Source of the DNA: Octopus sinensis
Taxonomy: Eukaryota
Assembly: GCF_006345805.1 (NCBI RefSeq)
Contig: NC_042999.1
Coordinates: 137,330,001 to 137,394,000 of the forward strand
Length of the DNA stretch: 64,000 nt
Direction of reading: 5' to 3'
How positions within the stretch are numbered: position 1 is the stretch's first letter; each line of letters starts with the position of its first letter. This document shows, one piece after another, positions 27,558 through 40,555 of this stretch. Position numbers and translations under genes: made by a program. The notes under the pieces are model-generated. The model saw only the letters and a list, made by a program, of their open reading frames with translations. It was not told where the DNA came from and did not search any database.

Positions 27558-27744
27558 CATCATCATCATCGTTTAACGTCCGCTTTCCATGCTAGCATGG
27601 GTTGGACGGTTCAACTGTGATATAAATACCTCTTAAAGGGATATCAGCATCCAAGTTCACTGGTTTTATCCAGTGTATCAGTGAAATACTAAAAGATGAT
27701 AGCTTCAGATTGATGCATATGAGTATATTATCATTTATGTATAT

Positions 27745-27999
27745 GAAAAAGAAAATGGAGAAATTGACATATAGACATCAATTTATTAAAACAAATCCAA
27801 TTTCAAACAATATCAAACTCATACAACCTACAATCATTTCAATTAACTATATTCAATATGAATCTTTAATTTAATTATTTCTCGTTTGAATTAATTGGAC
27901 ATGGAAACAATTGTAGGTTGTATAAATTTGATATTGTTTGAAACTGGATTTGTTTTAATAAATTGATGTCTATTTGTCAATTTCTCCATTTTCTTTTTC
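27745..27999. mobile_element. Fold-back element A (~95-bp arms starting at a hammerhead 3' half)
   Basis: 27745-27840 is the imperfect reverse complement of 27904-27999; the inner end of the right arm reads GAAACAATTGTA-GGTTG (palindromic stem III, GUA triplet); abuts (TA)n. Confidence 0.75.
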
Positions 28000-28003
28000 T
28001 TAA

Positions 28004-28050
<47 letters not shown>

Positions 28051-28072
28051 ATGTTACATTACTCGGTAGTCA

Positions 28073-28135
28073 AGATAAAACTCTGAGTTTCAGATGCCGA
28101 AGTGGAAATCCAAAACACCATCTCTTCGGTTATCT
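28073..28135 (-). ncRNA. Variant type I hammerhead ribozyme (left arm of B)
   Basis: Reverse-complement copy of the motif at 28353-28415. Confidence 0.6.
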
Positions 28136-28352
28136 GGCTATTTGAAAACACATGCTTTCTGTGTTATGTCCCAAGAAATTTATATATATTTTTATATTTA
28201 TATATTTTATATTTTTTATTTTTATGTATTTTTATATAATTTTTATGACGAAAAATGCGAGCGATGTATAAGTACGCAGGCAAAGCAGAGTTATAACAGA
28301 GTAATTTCCCTTTATTTTTAACGGTATTTTTTCATAACGTTTTCAAATAGCC

Positions 28353-28415
28353 AGATAACCGAAGAGATGGTGTTGTGGATTTCCACTTCAGCATCTGAAA
28401 CTCAGAGTTTTATCT
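28353..28415 (+). ncRNA. Variant type I hammerhead ribozyme (right arm of B)
   Basis: AGATAA-CCGAAGA-GATG[..GTGGA/TCCAC..]CATC-T-GAAA-CTCAGAG-T-T-TTATCT: stem I AGATAA/TTATCT, U4C core variant, stem III ACTC/GAGT, GUU triplet. Confidence 0.65.
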
Positions 28416-28527
28416 TGACTACCGAGTAATGTAACATATTGTATAGATAAATTTCCTCTATTTACATAATATTGAGGTCTCTTTCTTTCTTTTGTTATCT
28501 TACCGTTTTATCAATATATATATATAT

Positions 28528-29173
28528 ATATATGTATATATTGGCAGGGCTTACTGCTAGGGAGTCGGCTGTATGCTAGAAATAGACCATCAACGATCAA
28601 ACTACAAGGAAATTCTCTAGAGGAAAAATACAGCGAACACCAGAACCAAATTTGGCGGGCAGGACAGATGAAAATTTATATAAAAAACAGAATTAAATGC
28701 ATACCTCGGTTTTGGCCTTTAACAAAAGAATTACTTATGTAATTCAAATGTCCGTGTAATTCAAGTGTAATCGGTAAAACTATACACGTGTCTGTGCTGG
28801 CACGGAAATCTGGGGTTAGTTTTTCAGTTTACATTACAATGAACGAATGCACTGAAGAAGCACGGACATTTGAATTACTAATTCTTTTGTTAAAGGACGA
28901 AACTGAGGTATGCATTTAATTCTGTTTTTTATATAAATTTTCATCTGTCCTGCCCGCCAAATTTGGTTCTGGTGTTCGCTGTATTTTTCCTCTAGAGAAT
29001 TTCCTTGTAGTTTGATCGTTGATGGTCTATTTCTAGCATACGGCCGACTCCCTAGCAGTAAGCCCTGCCAATATACACATATATTAGAATTTTCTCTGAC
29101 TTCTCAGATTTTTTGTATGCTGGACTACTGGTTTTAAATTGATATTAAAATTAATATTAATTTATCTCCCTCA

Positions 29174-29175
<2 letters not shown>
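28528..29175. mobile_element. Fold-back element C (~225-bp arms, hammerhead, 3' tail) between (TA)n tracts
   Basis: 28528-28756 is the near-perfect reverse complement of 28861-29084; tail runs to about 29175, then (TA)n(GA)n. Confidence 0.85.
28846..28916 (+). ncRNA. Type I hammerhead-like motif with irregular extended stem II
   Basis: AATGCA-CTGAAGA-[AGCACGGACA...AAAGGAC]-GAAA-CTGAG-GT-A-TGCATT: stem I AATGCA/TGCATT, intact core, GUA triplet; the left arm keeps stem III as ACCGAGGT. Confidence 0.6.
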
Positions 29176-29257
<82 letters not shown>

Positions 29258-29419
29258 GATCATCATCCACTTGTGACGAGGAAGATTATTGCTGACCTCT
29301 AGGAACATTGAGCGCTCTAGAACTAACTTATATTTTGCATTTGTGGCTCTGTTGGTGGCTAATGAGCCCTGCTCTTGACAAGCATGCATGACTACAAACA
29401 TTGCAAACCAAGCTTTTCC

Positions 29420-30075
29420 TATTCACTATACTAGCAGTGCGCTTTTGAGTAGTACACTTAAATTTTTCGTGCAGAATACATGCTCTTTCAAAGCTGTCAA
29501 CCCCCTCCTTAACCTGCTTCCTCTATCTGTAGCAATGACAGGTATTGCTCTCCCAGTCGGTCTCCTGCATTTCACAGGCCTTAAATTACAGCTTGGTTTC
29601 TGCCAGGTTCTCTTTCCACTAACAAATTCTGTTTAGTGATCCTGCTATCCTTCATTCTAATAAGGGTCCAGTCCAACGTGACCGGTGCTTGTGTACCATC
29701 ACTTCAATACTCAAGATATCAGCTTTCCTCAGGACCTGTGACTGGAGTTTTTAAGATCCAGCCAACATTCAGAATGTGTCTCAGACATCTCTGATAAAAG
29801 CAAACAAGGACCTTTACATGACATTTGTAAAGGGTTCATGTCTCACATGAGTAAAGGAGTGATGTCAGTACACATGCATGGTACACAACAATTTTGTTTG
29901 CCTTGTGATGCCATGCTGACACCAGACATAAGACTCAAGAGACGAAAAGGAATCAGTTGCCCCCTGCAGCCTGAATGATATTTCATCATCCAGGGAACAA
30001 GAATGGCTGAGTGTGCTGCCCAAGTGGACAAACTTATCTACTACTTTCAGCATTGTTCCTTCAACCAAGATAGCT
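29420..30075 (-). mobile_element. Old RTE (BovB-like) LINE fragment
   Basis: LKVVDKFVHLGSTLSHSCSLDDEISFRLQGATDSFSSL...VW...GITRQTKL, typical of the region after the RT domain in RTE elements. Confidence 0.75.
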
Positions 30076-30211
30076 GGTTAAAACATGTAATATATGGCAT
30101 AATTATAAACAGTAAATTTTAACCATTTCAGATGAACAACCTTAATCAATTTATGAATTGTAGTGGGTTCTCATCAGAGGCATCCACATCATTTTGACAG
30201 CCAAACTATTT

Positions 30212-30535
30212 ATCATCATCATCATCGTTTAACGTCCGCTTTCCATGCTAGCATGGGTTGGACGGTTCAACTGGGGTCTGGGAAGCCCAAAGGCTGCACC
30301 AGGCCAGTCAGATCTGGCAGTGTTTCTACAGCTGGATGCCCTTCCTAACGCCAACCACTCCGAGAGTGTAGTGGGTGATTTTATGTGCCACCGACACAGG
30401 TGCCAGACGAGGCTGGCGAACGGCCATGCTAGGATGGTGTTTTTTATGTGCCACCGGCACCGAGGCCAGTCAATGCGGTACTGGCTACAGCCACGTTCGG
30501 ATGGTTTTCGTATGTGCCACCGGCACTGGTACCAC
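30212..30535 (-). mobile_element. RTE 3'-end repeat copy
   Basis: (CAT)n-CGTTTAACGTCCGCTTTCCATGCTAGCATGGG...; further copies near 1640, 16420, 22860, 32580, 37290, 38140, 38850. Confidence 0.85.
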
Positions 30536-30880
30536 AAAACTACAAATTCCATTAATGTTCACACAACAAATGAAGGAGTCCTTAATTTGCATACTGAAAG
30601 TTTTTAACACTCTATAAATACCAGTGGCCTGTCAATAGGGATCTTAGTCTACACAATATCAAGCTATGGTATAATAAATATGTAACATATGGTATAATTA
30701 TAAACAGGGCAAATTTTAGCCATTTCTCTGCAGACTGAACATATACAGTAGTTATTCTATGAAGGAATCCCTAATTTGCTTACCAAAAATGTTTAACACT
30801 TTATAAATACCAGCAGACTTTGTTTTTGTATTTGGTTTGCAAGATTTTTAATGTGAATTTGTGTGTGGTAACAAATGTAT

Positions 30881-31300
30881 CTTGGGAGAGCCATTATGCC
30901 CAATAATAATAAACATGTACACAGGTTCAAGTCCACTTTATTTATTGTTGGTCAATTGGTTAAATATCTAACCAATTAAATAATCGATCATTTGTTTCAT
31001 GTTCTGGTTAAGCAATCAATTGGTTGTTTGTTAGTCAAAGTTCTTTCATCACCATTAGTGACCTTTTCAGTGACTTAGTGACTTCTCCTCTCACTCCAAA
31101 GTCTGCTCCTCCTTGGAGACTTTAGAGGAAGAGAGGAAGTCACTAAGTCACTGGAAAGGTTGCAAGTAGTAATGAAAGAATTTTGTCTAACAAACAAGCG
31201 AGTGATTATTTAACCAGAACATTAAACAAATGACTGATTAATAAATTGGTTAGATATCTAACCAACTGGCTATTATTATTGGTGTGGTGACTCTCCCAAG
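30881..31300. mobile_element. Fold-back element D (older; decayed hammerheads in both arms)
   Basis: Imperfect palindrome centred near 31108; outer ends CTTGGGAGAG / CTCTCCCAAG; followed by TA-rich microsatellite. Confidence 0.8.
31033..31075 (-). ncRNA. Decayed minimal hammerhead (G8 to A)
   Basis: Minus strand AGTCA-CTGAAAA-GGTCAC-TAATG-GTGAT-GAAA-GAAC-T-T-TGACT; a more decayed partner lies at 31146-31188 (+). Confidence 0.5.
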
Positions 31301-34112
31301 GCACAACAATATATATATAATATATATAACATATATAATATATATATATATATATATATAGCTTTGGTGATGCAAACAGGAAAATAGAACTCAAAACATA
31401 TATATGTATGTATGTATGTATGCATGCACGGTGGGCTTCTTCCAGTTTCTGTCTTCCAAATCCACTTGTAAGGCTTTGGTTAACCCTGAGCTTACAGTAG
31501 AAGATATTTACCCATGGTACCACACTGTAGGACTGAACAGATGACCAAGAGATTGCAAAGAAAACTTTTTACCATACAGCCATGCCTACAACAATGAGGC
31601 CATAAGACAATAATTGTGATTTGAGACCTCTATTAGCAACCACACAGAGAGTCCTTCATTTGAATCTTGGTAGCTTTGTTTGACAGTTATCCATGTTAAG
31701 GTTTAGTATCTTGGAAATGCTCACTTCATTTAATTGCCCTGTAACTTCATTGCTTGTTTGATTGCCAACTTCTCTCCTTTCTACTTCCATAATCAACTTG
31801 CTAAAGATCAATGGAAACCTATGGGCTACCATCTTTTTCTAACACCACAACTATTTCAGAGACTGTATTACCTCTTCAGTCCCATCCAGCTAGTAAACCG
31901 CTGACTATAAAGCTAAAATAAAACCTAAGAACTGGAAAACTGTTCATATATCTGGAACAGTGTTGCTGACACATATAAATATCCTAAACTGCAACAAAGA
32001 GGTTGACAACTACTTATTCAGACATGCTATATTATTTCCTTTCATCATTTATCATTATTACAACAACGTCTAATATTTTTAACTATGTAGTTATATGCTT
32101 CCTCTACCCAAATCCATCTGGCATATACATTTATTTCCCTCTAGTCATCCTTATTGTGTTTCATGTCCCAGCTACAACACTAAACCCTTCTCCAAATCCT
32201 TTTTTTGCTAGAACTGCATTGCATTCCTCTGGAATTCTCTCACTTCTCATATTTTCTTGACAAATGTTAATCTAGAAACTAAACATCAACCCTATAAATC
32301 CTGTTAATCTGAGAAGTCTCTGCTCATCTTCTGACTAATCTATAAAGAAAACTTACAAATTTTTAAGATTACAATTTTTCCGATTAAACCCAATCTTTAG
32401 AGAAGAAATATTTTTAATATTTACATTATATTTCAATCAGTTTTTCTCATCTTCATCAAGTGTTGTTTCCTTGGACATCATTGCATCCAAACTGGATTTT
32501 CTGTCAGTGGCATAGTGAATAAGAATGTTACTTTAGTTTAGAAATAAAGGTACTGAGTTTGAATCCACCCCTGTCACTATCATCATAATCTTTTAACACC
32601 CATTTTCCATGCTGGCATGGGTTGGATGGTTTGAAAGAAACTGACCAACTGCTCCCTCTCTCTTTTGGCATAGTTTCTATGGCTGGATGCCCTTCCTAAT
32701 GCCAACCACTCTACAGAGTGTACTGGATGCTTTTACACAGCACCAGCACAAGTGCTTTTTACATGCACCTACAAGTTCGCAAGATTAGGGATGCTCAACA
32801 GGAGAGGGTTGCAGGAGATGAACCTGTATGCAAGGACAACCATGCTTTTACCTATTTTGACATGCCTTTTCAAACACAAGTCCCAACGTCTGTAGGTTCT
32901 TTCTCACTGCTTATTATTTACATATGTAGAAATAAGATACCATAAAATAATGGGAGATTGAGTAAATCAAAATGTAGTATAGATGTGGATATTAAAAATG
33001 TTTCATTTCTATAGATACAATTATTTGGTTGCAAAATTGCAATCACTTAACAATAACTCGTTTTAGGTATTTAGTTGATATATTTTTATTTGCCAATGTT
33101 TAAATTGTAGATTTAGTATTATCATTTTCATCACCTTTGAAGTATTTTCATCAGTGAAAACCTAAGTTACATATTGCACCAGAATCTACTATGAAGCACA
33201 TTACACATAAAATCCATCTCCATCAATTGTTGAGTTGTTCAAATACTCATTATTGAATATTAGAAAATGATAATTCATTGTCATTATTTTCCACAACTAT
33301 TAGCAGAATTATTTTCTTACAGTTTTGAGTTCATATTTGGAGAAACATAATACCCAGTTTGCAGGGCAACTATGGGCACAGGCATAGCTGGTTAGAAACC
33401 ATATGGTCCTGGGTGGTTTGTAAATGTTCTTGAACAAAACACTTCATATGGTTCCTCAGCTGAGGAACACTTTAAGCAAGTGTCATTTATTATAGCCTTG
33501 AGTTGACTATTACTTTGCAAGTGGAATTTGGTAAGTGAAAACTGTAAAGAAGCCTATTGTATGTGTCACTAATGGTACTTACTAGCCATCACAGTTCAAT
33601 GCTAAAAATGATAAAAACTTTGATTTCATTATGATTGTGACATTTACTTCCATATCAAAGGCAGTACATTTCTTTCCTTTTAATAAATACTGACTTGTTC
33701 CTGCTGTTTCTGTTCATATTTCTATTTAATCAAAAAATTTGTCCTAGATTTTATTAATTCTCTTTTCCAAATCTGCTTCATAATCATAAGGCATTGATAA
33801 ATACAAGGATGCATATCCATATATTTAAATCCGGATTTAGATGTAAAATTATACCCCATGAGGGCTTTTTCAGCAGCTTAGGATGAAGATTGAAGCAACA
33901 GATTGCATTGTTATTTAACAATGAAACCTGATAAATCATTACTTGACAATTCAAGAGAATTTTGCTGGTTGGATTAACTGTAGAGATCTATAACTGTTTC
34001 AAGTTGCATATTTGTGTTTTGTTCTATAAATCAATCTATTATAGTGCTATGTGTGTTGCTTTGTTAACATTACATGTTGATGCAAGTTTCTGAAGATGTG
34101 TAATATAATTAA

Positions 34113-34787
34113 CTAGCAGTATCGCCCGGCGTTGCTCGGGTTTGTAAGGGAAATAACTATATAAGCATTTTTAGAGAGTTATAGCAAAAAAATTAGCAAA
34201 AAAATGCATTAAAAATGGAATAAAAAATTATGGTAATTTTTTTTTTAATCGTTGACTCATCGTAGACATTTTTAGAGAGTTACTTCCCTTATATAATAGC
34301 GAAAAAATGCATTAAAATGGAAAAAATGATGGTAAATTTTTTTTTAAATCGTAGACTCATCGTAGACACTTTCTTAGCCATTTCTGTTTTGGTGTCTTCA
34401 AGCCATGAAGTCGTTGTTCTAAAAGAACGCTGGTCTCCTTGACAATGCTTTACGACGTTGATTTCCTTACACTCCCTTCCCCACAGCTTCACGAGGGAGG
34501 GAAGAAGGGGGAGAAGCAACACAGGTGCAGGTGTGACCATGGACGCCAACTCCGCCGCCATCGACACCCGAAAAAATATGCGTTAAAATGGAAAAAAAAT
34601 GATGTTAAATTATTTTTAAAATCGTAGACTCATCGTAGACGCACGCTAATACCCAGACGGGCTCGATATGAATCACGACTATAAGATACTCGAATTTGGT
34701 TAAACTGCATCGCAAAATGTGGGAGTAGTTAGGAATCTAAATCGTAGGAGACAGAGACTCACACAACTACAGTTTTATATATATAGA
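34113..34787 (-). mobile_element. Non-autonomous Helitron
   Basis: Minus strand starts TCTATATATATAAAAC, ends with the hairpin CCCGAGCAACGCCGGG then CGATACTGCTAG; inserted between A and T with no TSD; internal tandem subrepeats. Confidence 0.85.
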
Positions 34788-36227
34788 TAAGCAACTTTGT
34801 TCATATATTTACAGGTTTCAGTCATTGGACTGTGATCCTGACAAAGCGCTGCTTTCAACTTTTAGCCAATCAAATTGACCCCAGTACTTATTTTATCAAT
34901 TTTAGTTTATTGAATGGCTAAGTTTTTCTTTTTACATAAAAGAAAACGGCTTGATACAGTTTTACATCAGCATACAAACACACACATATATACCACAATC
35001 CTATACTTCCATACACACAAACACAAACATAACAGGATCCTCTACATAGTTCTATGTGTACTAAATTCCACTCACAAGGCATTAACCATCCCCAGAAAGA
35101 GTAAGGGATACATCCCTAACATGTCTTTTACTGAGATCAAGCTTGAAATCATAGAGTACAAAGTGAAGTTCTTAACAACATGGTTAGGTTCTTTTATTGA
35201 AGTCAGTGTGATGTAAGCTTCAATGGTTTAACTGTATTTGTGTTTGTGTAAGTTGTTCGAATTATCATTAAGTGTTTTATGGATTCATCTCAGTTCATCA
35301 CCTACCATATGTAGCAATAATGTATTTTGCCATTCTTTTGCTGTGATATTAGAGGCTAAAAGATATATTTTTAATGTTGTAAGTAATTATATCTATGTGA
35401 GAGTCATTGAAGAGTTGTTGTTACTGGTTTACGATTGTGGGGGGTGCAGTAAGTTATAAATTGGTTGCTGTTGTTAGTGTTGTTGTTTATGCAGCACCAG
35501 GTCAGTCCAGACTTGGCAGAACCTATGATAGGTATTCCAACTATGACTATGCTACCTATTTAGGGATATGTGGTAGTACAATCGTAAGATCATGGTTTCA
35601 ATTGCTGGACCAGACAGTGCATTGTTTTCTTGAGCAAACCATTTCATTTCCTGTTGCTGCAGTCCATTTGGTTGTAAATGAGTTCCAACAATAGCTGAGC
35701 AGTTAACCTTGCAACAGAACTGTATCCTGGTCATGGGGTAGTGCTGCAATCTCAGTCATTTATCCTCTGTGGAGACCAGGTTAAGCTTCAACTTATGAGT
35801 CCTTGAGTGCATGAAAGACCTAAGTCTTGTAGTAGTACAATATCTAATGTGTTCTATCTTTATATAGGACAGTAAAGTGAAATTTTTGGAGAAAGATTTA
35901 GATGCTTTTCCTGTGAAGCAAAGCAACAAAGTAGAAGTATTGTCAATGGTTTGTTGCTGTTATGGTATTTGAGAACAATGTAATAATGTATTTAAAAGGA
36001 AGCCAGACAATAAGTATTCTATCGTACTCCAACAATATAATTTCAAACAGCAGACTGTGACAATAATCCACATCAAATTTGAACACATTTAATCCCCATT
36101 TGTCTGACCTCTCCAACCAACAGCAGCCATGTTTTATTGTTATTACACAACACAATCAAAAGTACTTGTCAACCATTAAGCCTAATTTTGACAGAATTAA
36201 CATAAGTATATACATACATATAAATAT

Positions 36228-36242
36228 TTGTGTGTGTGTGGT

Positions 36243-36305
<63 letters not shown>

Positions 36306-36422
36306 ATGTCTATCTCACTCTCTCTCTCTCTATATATATATATATATGTATGTATGTTTGTATGTATGTATGTATGTATGTATGTATGTATGTACGTATG
36401 TATGTATGTATGTATGCATGTA
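36228..36422. repeat. Compound (TG)/(TA)/(TC)/(TATG)n microsatellite
   Basis: Seen directly. Confidence 0.95.
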
Positions 36423-37266
36423 TAGGTGATTCAAGAAAATACAAAAGTGAATAATTTTAACATTACACTACTATCTGTACATTGCTCCACCATATATTTT
36501 ATGCATTATAACTTTTTATAGTTCTAAAATCCCAACACTAAGCTCTCAAAAATTGTTGGCAACCTCTCTGTATCATATACTATTGTCTGTATGGATTAAA
36601 CAGACAATAATCAATAATTGGTAGAAACAATGGCTAAAATATATTTTAAAACTGTCAACAAAACACTTTATGGTTGATACAATTGTATTTCAATTAATTC
36701 TGAATGACTTTTTTATGTAATTGTCACAATGTCAGTGATTTCCAGAGGAGGCACATAATCAACGAATCAACTCAAGTAATTGACTAGGACATATTTTATT
36801 ATGCCCAGAAGAATGAGAAAAACAAATAAAAAATACAAAGATATGAGCTCTAAATCTAAAAGGGTAAATTTGAATACATTATTATTCAGCAACTCAAATA
36901 AGAATTTCTTTAACATTTATTTTGATCTGCGCAGAAACAAGTGCTGAATTAAATTCTAAAATGTTCCAAACATGATTCTGAGTTTAGTCCCATTGCATGG
37001 CACCTTGGGCAAATGTCTTCTACTATAACCTCAGGCCAACCAAAGCTTTGTGAGTGGATCTGGTAGACAGAAACTATGAGAAACCCTCATATGTATATAT
37101 AGGTGTGAGTGTGTATACATGTGTGTGTGTGTGTAAGTGTGTTACTGTCTCAATACCTTGACATTGTGTGAGTGTTGTAGACAAGTATCATTGTTATGCA
37201 AGTTGTGTCTTTCATTTCCAATCTTCCATGAATATATAACTGGTCATGGGGAAATATTTACCTTAC

Positions 37267-37289
<23 letters not shown>

Positions 37290-37298
<9 letters not shown>

Positions 37299-37620
37299 TA
37301 TCATCATTTAACGTCTGCTTTCCATGCTAGCATGGGTTGGACGATTTGACTGAGGTCTGGCAAACCAGATGGCTGCACCAGGCTCCGATCTTGATCTGGC
37401 AGAGTTTCTACAGCTGGATGCCCTTCCTAATGCCAACCACTTTGAGAGTGTAGTGGGTGCTTTTACGTGCCACCGGCACGGGGGCCAGTCAGGCGGTACT
37501 GGCAACGGCCATGCTCAAATGGTGTTTTTTACATGTCACCTGCACAGGAGCCAGTCCAGCGGCACTGGCAATGACCTTGCTCAAATGTTTTTTCATGTGC
37601 CACCGGCACAAGTGCCAGTT
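37290..37620 (-). mobile_element. RTE 3'-end repeat copy
   Basis: (CAT)n-TTAACGTCTGCTTTCCATGCTAGCATGGG... as at 30212. Confidence 0.85.
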
Positions 37621-39026
37621 GGTGACGAAAATAGCTTCCAACCATAGAAAATCCAACTCAACAAATTCTATCTGGCCAATGCAAACATGGAAAAGTAGAC
37701 ATTAAAATGATGATGCTAATGATGATGATGACGACAACAACAATAATGATAAAGTTCTAATTATAAACCTCATGAGGTACTGCTTCTTCAAATTATCTCA
37801 TTTGTTCATGGACAGGAAATAAATTTGACCACTCGATGATTTTCTTTCCAAGTATCTACTTTCAAATGCAAATATGTCAGTTTGTTAATATTCATTTTTG
37901 CTCAATATTCAAAATATAATTCTTTTGAGACATTTTTTTTATTATTATTATTCATAGATGGACGTTTCTCAATATCCTGGCAAAAATATTTCACATATAA
38001 CAAGACTCTAAGCTAGGAGACAGTCTCATAAAATTTAATTTCTAAATTTTTAAACCAATTCCAGCACACCTACATTGGTTCAAAAAGCCTTCATCCACAT
38101 CACTCCCATCTCATTCTCTCTCTCCCTCACATGTATCATCATCATCATTATCATTGTTTAACGTCCATTTTCCATACTGGCATGGGTTGGACGGTTTGAC
38201 TGAGGTCTGGAAAGCTAGCGGCTGTACCAGGCTCCAATCTGATCTGGCAAAGTTTCCACAGCTGAATGCCCTTCCTAATTCCAACCACTCTGAGAGTGTT
38301 GTTGGTGCTTTTTACATGCTGGCACAGGAGCCAGCCAAGGGGCCTTGGCATCAATCACATTCAGAATAGTGCCTTTTACATGCCACCAGCACAGAAGCCA
38401 GTCAGGTGGACCTGGCATCAACCACATTCAGATGGTGCTTTTTACGTGCCACCAGCACATATATATGTGTGTGTGTGTGTGTGTGTGATGGTGATAGTGA
38501 TGATGATGAGATGTAGATGGTTGTTTTATTAAAACTGAAACTGAGAGTTTGTCTTGCAACTCAAGTCTTATCCCACTGCCATCTTCAGGTGAGTGTTTTT
38601 GCAACACAGTTGGCCAACGTTTTTCTAGCCTCTTCATTGGTCATTAATGTTTTTTTTTATGTAATGTTTGTATTTCTTCAAATTGTAAGTGGGAGGATGT
38701 GTTATTGATTTGTTTCGAATATGTTGATGAGTTGGTGCTGGGGTATATATGTTCTTTATTTATCTCCTGACTTATTCATCTGACAAAGACCCATGTATAG
38801 ACAGCAAGGCAACTTATATAGTACTGATGTTACAAAATAAGCACCCAGTACACTCTGTAAAGTGGTTGGTGTTAGGAAGAGCATGAAAACTATGCCAAAA
38901 ATGAGACATCAGAGGAAGACATTGTCTTCCAGCCCGTTCAATCCTGTCAAACCATCCAGCCCATCACAAGCAGTTGTAAAATGATGATGGAAGGGAAAGT
39001 GATGGTAAACGACGAAGGTAACAACA

Positions 39027-39430
39027 AGGAGGGGAGGTGGACAGAAGAAGGAGGAGAGGAGGAGGAAGAGGGGAGGAGGAAGAGGGGAGAGGAGAGGCAG
39101 AAGAGGGGAGAGGAGATGAGGTGATGGGAGGAGATGAGAGAGGATGGGAGGAGGATGGGAGGGGAGGAAGAGGAGGGAGGAGGGGAGGAGGGGGAGGAGG
39201 AGGGAGGAGGGAGGAGGGGAGGAGGGGAGGAGGAGGAGGAGGGGAGGAAGAGGAGGAGGAGGGGAGGAAGAGGAGGAGGAGGAGGAGGGAAGAACAGGAG
39301 GAGGAGGAGGAGGAGGAGGAGGAGGAGGAGGAGGAGGAGGAGGAAAGGAGGAGGAGGAGAGGAGGAGGAGGAGGAGGGAGGAGGAGGAGGAGAAGGTGAT
39401 GAGAAGGAGAGGGGAGGAGATAGAGTGGAG
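39027..39430. repeat. (GGA)n polypurine low-complexity tract
   Basis: About 400 bp almost entirely G/A on the + strand. Confidence 0.95.
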
Positions 39431-39658
39431 GGTGTATGCATGTATATGCATGTATCCCTTCAGTTAGATATTGAAAGGAATTATGTGTGATGGCATGTAA
39501 TTCCATGAGACGCTGCCAATCCAATGATGACAAGAATTTCTTTGCACTATTTCAAATCAAGAACCAAGGAAATGCTATCTCTCTGTCACAATTCAAGCTG
39601 ATATGCACACCATTAACATAGAACATAATTGATTAGGCCAAGCCATACTGTAAGAGAG

Positions 39659-39958
39659 TGGAGGCACATGACCTAGTGGTTAGAGCAGTGGACTCACAGT
39701 CAAAGGACCATGGGTTTGAATCTCAGAATGGGCAATGTGTGTGTTTATGAGCAAAACACCAAAGCTCCACACAGCTCCAGCAGAAGGTAATGGTGAACTT
39801 CTGCTGACTCTTTTGCCACAACTTTCTCTCACTCTTTCCACCTACATTTCACAGCTCACCTGTGAGGGACCGGCATCCCATCCAGGTGGGGAACCTATAT
39901 GCCAATGAAACAAGGAAACCAGCCCTTATGAGCCAGGCATGGCTGGAGAAGGAACAAA
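39659..39958 (+). mobile_element. tRNA-derived SINE (same family as 49533)
   Basis: TGGAGGCACATGACCTAGTGGTTAGAGCAGTGGAC head with A/B-box-like motifs; ends AGAAGGAACAA. Confidence 0.75.
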
Positions 39959-40555
39959 TAATACTGTAACAGAGCTTAGATCTGTAGACTTTACCTAACT
40001 GAAACAACCTGTTACATCTTTAAACCAGAAATCAAAAGTGTCATATGAGTATCATCACCAGTGGAGATTCCACTTAGAAAGCCATCAAAATTCTCAGATA
40101 CCTGAAGGTCCATAAAAATTAGTTTAGAAAAAACACCTCTAAGAATCTGCTTAGTTAGTCCCAATCAGCCAAGTGGCCTTGGGAGTAACAATCCTACATT
40201 TCTTTTGTATGCAGTGGATCAAGAATTGTGACTCTGCGGACTACAACCTTAACCAAACAAAAACTAATCTTATTAGTGAAACTACATTTTCTAACTTCTT
40301 GCACAAAATTTTCTGAAGGATCACAAGTCCATACCTGGTGTGTGTGTGTGTGTGTGTGTGTGTGTACACCAAATATATTCTAACTGTTTAGTTTATATCA
40401 GGCTGCATTACTAATGAAAATATCCCAACTGACACATACAAGGTATTCTCAATGTTGTTTTCTTTTACTACATACTCTCTTGTTTATATTAAGTTGAAGT
40501 ACATCACATTGAAACAAACACATATATAAAGTGTTGTTAATATTAAATATTCTTT

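Larger units (their letters stand above)
28042..28513. mobile_element. Fold-back element B (~107-bp near-perfect arms, each with a hammerhead, plus a 3' tail) between (TA)n tracts
   Basis: 28042-28149 is the reverse complement of 28339-28445 with 2 internal mismatches; unique tail 28446-28513. Confidence 0.85.

Noticed and set aside
28042-29084. Reading fold-backs B and C as ordinary MITEs or pre-miRNAs
   Set aside because: The arms are asymmetric with a one-sided tail, no TSD can be distinguished from the microsatellite, and they contain hammerhead motifs; they are too long and too perfectly paired for pre-miRNAs
38909-39533. Long overlapping ORFs (up to 189 aa) rich in Pro/Ser/Glu/Gly/Arg
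   Set aside because: All six frames stay open because of the (GGA)n tract; no splice or codon evidence
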